The notes under the pieces were generated by a model. It saw only the letters and a program-made list of their open reading frames with translations. It was not told the DNA's origin and did no database searches. From Ostreococcus lucimarinus (Eukaryota), in the NCBI GenBank assembly GCA_000092065.1, contig CP000595.1: a stretch of DNA of 64,000 bases, one strand, 5' to 3'. The translations under genes were made by a program, and so were the position numbers. Shown piece by piece: positions 58,408 to 64,000 of the stretch. The first letter of the stretch is position 1, and each line of letters opens with the position of its first letter.

Positions 58408-60651
58408 ATGCCTCCTCGACGATCGACCCGATCGCGATCGCCCTCGAAAGAGGCGCGAGACGCGATCAACAACGCCGCCGTCGCGTCATCCGCGCGCGCG
58501 CCCGCGGAAATGCGTCAAGACGACGCGCAGAATGAAAAAGAAGGCGGCGGCGCGGTGGAATCCATGTCAATCGAAGCGACGAATGCGATGCGTTTAAAGC
58601 TCGGTTTAGCGCCCTTGCGCGAAGGAGCGTCGAAGAAAACCCATGACGCGGACGCTTTACGTCGTGATGAGGCGAAAGCGGCGGAAACGGCGGCGCTGGC
58701 GGAGAAGATTGCTGCGAGGAAGCGTCAGAGGGAGATTGAAAAGTTGAACGCGGCGACTACAAAGCTCGGCGACGCGGACGATGAGGAGGAAGACGCGGGA
58801 GCTTGGTTGGCGAAGAGCAAAACGAAGATGGCGACGAAAGCGCAGGAGTTGGAACGCGCGAAAGCGGCCAAAGTTGCGGCGATGTTCGCGGAGAGGGATG
58901 AGGACGCGGAGGCGAGCGCGTCGGAGGAGGAGGACGAGGGGGCGAAGAAATCAAAGTCGGCGGCGTACACGTCGAAGGATTTGCGCGGACTCAAGGTGAG
59001 GCACACCGCGGATGAAATTAATGAAGGTCAAGAGGTGGTGTTGACGCTGAAGGATACGAGCGTGTTGGATGATGAGGATGATGAATTAGAAAACGTCTTA
59101 ATCGCCGAGCGCAAGTCGCGTAAAAAGGCGAGAAAGGAGTCAACGAAGAAGAGTGACGACCCTTTCGGGGAGGGCAAGGATGTGGAGGCCAAGAAAACGG
59201 TGTTAGGAAAGTACGACGCTCATGATGAGGATGCGGCAATGGAACTCGACGGTGAGGGTGGCCTCGACGCGGCTGAGGAGAAGCGAAAGGCAGAAATCAA
59301 GGCGCGACTCGCCGCCGAACTCTCGGGATTGAAGGGTAAAGCGGAAACCGCGGAAGTTGTCAAGGGTGAGCAAGCTGATTTTCACACCCAAGAAGAGATG
59401 CAAGCTAAGTTTGTGAAGCGCGAAAAGAAGAAGAAGATGCGCAAAAAATTGAGAAAGAAGCATATCGATGCTGCGGAGCTCGAGCAAGACGCGCTGGCGC
59501 CAGAGTCGAGCGATCTCGGTTCACGACGCTCGCGCGGCGAGTCTAGTGCCGAAGCTAAGGCCACGACTAATGAGAAAGACGCGAAGTTCGCGAATGCGTT
59601 GCAAAAAGCTCGTGAAGTGACCGATAAGAAGATTCTCGCTGAACTCGCCGGCGAAGCAGAGGAAGAGGAAGACGACGAGCTCGCTCGTGCGCTCGCAAGG
59701 AGCCGGAAGATGGCAAATATTTCGAACAAAGCAGCGCGCTCGGCGCCGGCAGACGTGGTCGCGCAAGTGGCGGCGCGTCGTCAAGCAGATGAGGCGAAGG
59801 CTCGAGAGAACGCCGCGAATGTCGCCGACGAATCTCTAGTTTTTACAGACATGTCTGAGTTTGTTCAAGGCATCAACACTCAAGACGGCGCGCTCGATGA
59901 GGTCTACGACGAAGACGCAGACACTGAGGAAATGCCAGACGTACCGCCGCCGCCACCACCGGGCGGTGAAGACGAGCCGATGGACGATGAAATGCCAGAT
60001 GTGCCGCCACCGCCACCGCAAGAGGAAGTCGACGCGCACGTTAACATGCCCGTACTCGCGGAAAAGCACGTCGTGCAAAAAGGGTTGGCGAGCACACTCG
60101 CTCTTCTCAAAGACAAGGCTCAACTCGATGATGCGCAAAACACGCGCTGGAGTGGGCGCGCCAACGACATGAAGGATCGATTCGACAGACAGCACGTGCT
60201 CGAGGCGCACGCCATAGAAGAAAAAGCCGTCGACGGCTACAAGTTCGGTTTCAAGCTCGATAAGTTGGACGAGTTCGGACGGAAGCTCACCCCGAAAGAG
60301 GCGTTTAGAGAGCTTTGCCATCGTTTCCACGGCATCGAGCCTGGCAAAATGAAGCGCGAAAAGCGCCTGCGACAATTCCAGGAGGAGCAACAGCGTCTCA
60401 AGGCGTCAAGCGTCATGGACGACCGCATCAAGGACGTACAGCGCGATCAAGCGACGCCTTACGTCGTACTTAGCGGTCACGTGAGGGCTGGACAGGCGAG
60501 AAACGCTGATCCGGTGGCGACGATGAAGCGCGAACAGGAATCCGCGCGCGCCACCCCCGCCGCCGCGTCGCGCGGTCCATCATCGGCATCCGGTCTGAAG
60601 GCTTCCAACGCGACAAAAGTCTCGTTTGCGATGAAACCATCGAAGAAGTAA
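58408..60651 (+). CDS. SART1: U4/U6.U5 tri-snRNP-associated protein 1 (SART1/Snu66)
   Basis: N-terminus SIEATNAMRLKLGLAPL. The C-terminal SART-1 block is GYKFGFKLDKLDEFGRKLTPKEAFRELCHRFHGIEPGKMKREKRLRQFQEE...ATPYVVLSG, on a long K/E-rich charged body. Confidence 0.8.
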   Translation: MPPRRSTRSRSPSKEARDAINNAAVASSARAPAEMRQDDAQNEKEGGGAVESMSIEATNAMRLKLGLAPLREGASKKTHDADALRRDEAKAAETAALAEKIAARKRQREIEKLNAATTKLGDADDEEEDAGAWLAKSKTKMATKAQELERAKAAKVAAMFAERDEDAEASASEEEDEGAKKSKSAAYTSKDLRGLKVRHTADEINEGQEVVLTLKDTSVLDDEDDELENVLIAERKSRKKARKESTKKSDDPFGEGKDVEAKKTVLGKYDAHDEDAAMELDGEGGLDAAEEKRKAEIKARLAAELSGLKGKAETAEVVKGEQADFHTQEEMQAKFVKREKKKKMRKKLRKKHIDAAELEQDALAPESSDLGSRRSRGESSAEAKATTNEKDAKFANALQKAREVTDKKILAELAGEAEEEEDDELARALARSRKMANISNKAARSAPADVVAQVAARRQADEAKARENAANVADESLVFTDMSEFVQGINTQDGALDEVYDEDADTEEMPDVPPPPPPGGEDEPMDDEMPDVPPPPPQEEVDAHVNMPVLAEKHVVQKGLASTLALLKDKAQLDDAQNTRWSGRANDMKDRFDRQHVLEAHAIEEKAVDGYKFGFKLDKLDEFGRKLTPKEAFRELCHRFHGIEPGKMKREKRLRQFQEEQQRLKASSVMDDRIKDVQRDQATPYVVLSGHVRAGQARNADPVATMKREQESARATPAAASRGPSSASGLKASNATKVSFAMKPSKK

Positions 60652-60749
60652 TCCGTAGCACGCGTCATTAGAATATCACGTGTAGAGCAATTAGTTTGAC
60701 GTCGCCGCGCGCGCGCCGAGATCGACGCTTCACTCTTCGCCTCGCTCCG

Positions 60750-61227
60750 ATGCCCGCGAAACCGAAATCGCGCGCCAAAGAGCTCGCCGCGCGCGACGAC
60801 GCAGACGATGGCACCGTCGACGCCGTCGACGCCGGCGCCCTCGATCGCGCGTGCGCTACAATCGCAGAAAAGGTACAACACGCGCGCGGTGCCGACTTTC
60901 AACATTCTCACGACGCCGTAGGTCCCGAACGCGCTCGCGAAAGCGCACGATGCCGTCGAAACGCGCGTGGCGACGTCGCTACAAACAGCCGAGGCGGAAG
61001 AAACGGAGGCGACGCGCGCGTTGAAGCGAGCGAAGAAGGCTTTGGAACTCTCTCGTCGCGTGTCTGGGAAACTGCGACGAGACGACGGCGTCGAATCGAC
61101 GGCGACGACTGTGTCAAATGAAATCATAAGAGATCGCTTTGGACACTTGGTGAGCGATTTAAAGGAGAGAATTGAGAAGCAGGTGCGCGCGATCGAGGTT
61201 CGCGTGAAGGAATTAGATGATGATTAA
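60750..61227 (+). CDS. Small coiled-coil protein (about 142 aa), 2 exons: join(60750..60872, 60922..61227), function unknown
   Basis: Two track ORFs in different frames (60696-61121, 60967-61227) are joined by a 49-nt GT..AG intron (gtacaacacgcgcgcggtgccgactttcaacattctcacgacgccgtag). An in-frame TAG immediately precedes exon 2. The product is MPAKPKSRAKELAARDD...ATIAEK / VPNALAKAHDAVETR...IEKQVRAIEVRVKELDDD. Confidence 0.35.
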
Positions 61228-61335
61228 TGTAGAGCCGCGTCGCGGCGTCACGATCGATGCGTGTGCTGTACGATGGAACCAACAACTAAATTGAAACGCT
61301 AGCAAGAACTCGCCGCTATTGTCGTGATCTAAATA

Positions 61336-62232
61336 CTATTGTGCATGCACCTTTGTCGCGAGAGGCTCGTACCACACCGGCGTGAAGCCAGCCTTGGCTC
61401 TGGCCTCGTCGTTGAACGGCGGTTTGAGCGCGCCGTGAAAATACTCACGGACAATCTCATGGAACGCCTTCACCACGCCGCTCTCCTCTGTTTCTTCACC
61501 GACATCACCGCCGTCGACTTCCCGGGCGTGCAAATATTTAAACCAGCGCAGCCCCGAAGCGCAGTGCGTGATCTCCTCTGGATAAATGACGGTTTCCAAC
61601 AACGTCGCCGACGCCTCGTCCCCGTTCCGACGAAACTTCCCGATCGTCTGCGGCAAAACATCCAAACCCCGCGCTTCGTGCACGCAGTGCTCCACCGCGA
61701 GCCTCGCCTCGAGCGAATGCGCCGTCTCTTTCGCCGTCCGCCACAGCCCGTCGTGCGCCTCCAGCTCGCCGAATCGCACGACGCCGCACTCGTCCAATCT
61801 TCGCGACAACAGCGCGAAATGCCGCCCTTCATCCGCCGCGAGCTCGACGAAATCATCATAAAACTCTTTCGGCATATTTCGAGCCACACCGAACCGCTGA
61901 ATCGCGTCCCAGGCCAAGAGCATCGCCCAGCTCTCTATGCTCGCGAGCGAGTGCAAAATCGCCGAGCGCGACTGCGCCGTCCCGCCGTTCCCGATCCGTC
62001 GCGTCTGCCCTGGATCCACCACGCGCGATATCTCTCGCACGGGATCATCGACGACGTTCTGCGTGTCCTCACGCGCGTACGACGTCGTCGTCGTCGCGTC
62101 GTCGTCGTCACCGAACCACCACCGGTGCGTTTCCGCCGTCATCACCGCCTTCTTCGCGCACGACGGCTCGAGCATCACGCACCGCGCGCGATGCACGAGC
62201 TCGCGCACTCTGCGCGCTTCGTCCTCCGTCAT
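61336..62232 (-). CDS. Ferritin-like superfamily protein (DUF455-type di-iron domain)
   Basis: Helical di-iron-like motifs (ESWAMLLAWDAI..., EGRHFALLSRRL, HE..G). The track start 62283 is TTG; ATG at 62232 (MTEDEARRVRE). Confidence 0.5.
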   Translation of the reverse strand: MTEDEARRVRELVHRARCVMLEPSCAKKAVMTAETHRWWFGDDDDATTTTSYAREDTQNVVDDPVREISRVVDPGQTRRIGNGGTAQSRSAILHSLASIESWAMLLAWDAIQRFGVARNMPKEFYDDFVELAADEGRHFALLSRRLDECGVVRFGELEAHDGLWRTAKETAHSLEARLAVEHCVHEARGLDVLPQTIGKFRRNGDEASATLLETVIYPEEITHCASGLRWFKYLHAREVDGGDVGEETEESGVVKAFHEIVREYFHGALKPPFNDEARAKAGFTPVWYEPLATKVHAQ

Positions 62233-62233
62233 C

Positions 62234-62272
62234 GCGCGCGCGGTCGGCGCGCGGTCGGCGCGCGGTCGGCGC
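62234..62272. repeat. cgcggtcggcg x3 tandem 11-mer filling the 50-bp divergent interval between the DUF455 and Pol-beta-like gene start codons
   Basis: atcgcgcgcgcggtcggcgcgcggtcggcgcgcggtcggcgcgcgtcg. Confidence 0.8.
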
Positions 62273-62282
62273 GCGTCGTCCA

Positions 62283-63548
62283 ATGGCGAACCCGTCGGCG
62301 CCGCTTCAAATCGCGACGCGTCGACGCGCGCGACCCGAAATGCCGCCGCGCGTGAAGAAAATCAAGCGCGAGTACGCCGACGCCGATGCCGGCGACGCGG
62401 ACTACGACGCGGTGTCCTCGGGCGAGGACGACGCGGCGGAGATCACGATGAAGATTACGAAGAAGAAGCGGGCGCCCAAAAAAGTTAAAACGGACGACGG
62501 CGACGCCGAGGGCGGCGCGCGGGTCAAGGCGAAGGACGAGAACGCGCCGCAGAAGATCGGTTTCGACATCACCGCCGGACCGATTCAGGACGAGGGCTTG
62601 CACGCGAAGTATAACGCGATGAATCTGGACGAGCTGAAGCAGTACATGAAGATGAATCGAATGCCGAGCAGCGAGGTGGGACAGAAGAATAAACGAATCG
62701 TGTATAAAAAGGCGGATCTCGTGGCGCACTGCGTGGATGGGGAGAAGTGGGGACGGTATCCGTTGTGTCCGAATTGTGGGAAACGAGGGACGACGACGCT
62801 GCGGGTGACGTATGCGGATGAGAATCACGGAGGTCAGGGAACGTGGAAGTGCGTCGGGTACTACGATACGGTTTTGCAGAGCGTGACGCGGTGCTCGTTT
62901 AATTACAAGGAAGATAAGGATGCACCGCGGGAGCGATTGCCGTGGCGTAAGCCCGGAGATGAGATGTCGGACGACGAGCAAGATGACGTGCAGGCGGGGA
63001 TGGACAAGCCCGTGGTGTTTCCGGACGACATGCACGCGATGGCGCCGATGGAGATGTCGAAGAAGATGGTGGAGATTTGCCGCGAGCACGGGTTGCAGTT
63101 ACCCAAGGCGGAGAACGAAGCTTTACGAGAGTGCTACACTAAGCTCCAGGCGTCGATGAATTACGACGACGAATACGACATCAAAACTGCGTTCAATTTG
63201 CTTAAGGAGGCGTACCCGCCGTTGACCAAGGAGCAACAAGCCGGCGGCGCCGACGCGAAGAATCCCGCGAATACGAAGCTATGCCAAGCGCTCGAAGCCA
63301 TCTTCCAAGCCGCGAAGACCTCACCCGAAGAACCGATGAAGTCGGCCTCGTATCGCAAAGCCGCACAGTCCATCCGTGAGATTGATTTCGAAGTCACGAG
63401 TGGCATCGCGATTAGCAAAGGCAAACTCAAGGTGCCAAACGTCGGCCCGTCGCTCGGCGCGCAAATCGAGTTTTGGATCAAGAATGGCTACTTCGAGCGC
63501 ATGGAATACTACGAACGAGGAGAAATCCCGCCGTCGTCGAAGAAATGA
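62283..63548 (+). CDS. Protein with a Cys4 zinc ribbon and a C-terminal DNA polymerase beta/lambda-like N-terminal (8-kDa lyase/HhH) domain, with no polymerase domain
   Basis: The C-terminus LCQALEAIFQAAKTSPEEPMKSASYRKAAQSIREIDFEVTSGIAISKGKLKVPNVGPSLGAQIEFWIKNG matches Pol beta residues about 40-100 ([63 protein letters not shown]). Upstream is a zinc ribbon CPNCGKRG...GTWKCVGYYDTVLQSVTRC and an SAP-like helix. ATG at 62283. Confidence 0.55.
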   Translation: MANPSAPLQIATRRRARPEMPPRVKKIKREYADADAGDADYDAVSSGEDDAAEITMKITKKKRAPKKVKTDDGDAEGGARVKAKDENAPQKIGFDITAGPIQDEGLHAKYNAMNLDELKQYMKMNRMPSSEVGQKNKRIVYKKADLVAHCVDGEKWGRYPLCPNCGKRGTTTLRVTYADENHGGQGTWKCVGYYDTVLQSVTRCSFNYKEDKDAPRERLPWRKPGDEMSDDEQDDVQAGMDKPVVFPDDMHAMAPMEMSKKMVEICREHGLQLPKAENEALRECYTKLQASMNYDDEYDIKTAFNLLKEAYPPLTKEQQAGGADAKNPANTKLCQALEAIFQAAKTSPEEPMKSASYRKAAQSIREIDFEVTSGIAISKGKLKVPNVGPSLGAQIEFWIKNGYFERMEYYERGEIPPSSKK

Positions 63549-63642
63549 ACACGAACATGACGCAAAGCGCGCGCTTTACTCTACAATACGGTACAACAAA
63601 AATCTCCTAGCGATGAAACGAAACGAAACGAGTCCTCGACCA

Positions 63643-64000
63643 TCAAGCGCCTCCATCGAAACTCTTCGCCGCGTGCGTCCTCAACATCTCCAATCGATAT
63701 TGGGACAAATCGACGAGCAACGACTTTTTCATCTCATCCCAATCGAATTCGTCGCCAAACTCTCGTCGCACCTCGATGACTCTCGTCGCCGCCAGTCGCA
63801 CGTCCGCGTCCTCGCTTCGCATCAAACTTTCGATAAACTCGCTTCCCGTCCCCACCAGCGGCGTCGTTTCCATCTGCTTCAGCATCGCCGCCGTGACGGA
63901 GCTCTGATTGACGTCCTCCGAGCACTCGTTGCCCTGTCCGTCGAGCTGCGCCATGACGATTCTGACGCCCACGAGCGTGTGCAGCCTGGAAATCATCTCC
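63643..64000 (-). CDS. 3' end of a gene continuing beyond the window (helical repeat protein)
   Basis: An open minus-strand frame ends with a stop at 63643 and continues past the window edge. Confidence 0.35.
   Translation of the reverse strand, partial: EMISRLHTLVGVRIVMAQLDGQGNECSEDVNQSSVTAAMLKQMETTPLVGTGSEFIESLMRSEDADVRLAATRVIEVRREFGDEFDWDEMKKSLLVDLSQYRLEMLRTHAAKSFDGGA

Noticed and set aside
1-64000. Prokaryotic-style defence system, mobile element or prophage content
   Set aside because: The evidence is against this. There are spliceosomal introns, cytosolic r-proteins, nuclear splicing and ribosome-biogenesis factors, and no transposase, integrase or restriction-modification signatures. 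No dispersed repeat was seen twice except the local tandem duplications.

Overview
This window is gene-dense nuclear DNA from a GC-rich green alga (Chlorophyta); it is not prokaryotic. The clearest evidence is a nuclear PsbQ (photosystem II OEE3) gene with a green-algal-type lumenal targeting peptide, a starch synthase III-like gene carrying CBM53 modules, and spliceosomal GT..AG introns. Compact divergent and convergent gene pairs and cytosolic ribosomal-protein genes (L21e, P1, S21e) fit the same picture, which looks Mamiellophyceae-like. About 45 protein-coding genes are supported.

Most genes are single long exons, but at least eight are spliced. The supplied ORF track broke these up or missed them: PsbQ (4 exons), Cpn10/HSP10 (3 exons), RPS21e (2), organellar RPS16 (2-3), PPAN/Ssf1 (2), a small coiled-coil protein (2), and a roughly 3080-aa receptor-like gene. 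That giant gene has to be assembled from three track ORFs through four tiny AT-rich introns.

Base composition is strongly heterogeneous. Most genes are about 65-75% GC, but three large multidomain genes (14962-17844, 17880-27379, 38324-43258) are visibly AT-richer at about 45-52% GC.

Short tandem repeats recur inside bidirectional promoter regions: a 61-bp unit x2, an 8-mer x7, an 11-mer x3 and an 18-mer x2.

Many track ORFs begin at GTG, TTG or CTG that the track renders as M. True ATG starts were re-derived, and long Arg/Ala/Pro-rich antisense or out-of-frame ORFs were treated as GC-composition artefacts. Hand-derived splice-site coordinates are anchored to ORF-track frames but may be off by 1-3 nt. 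Nothing here was checked against a database.
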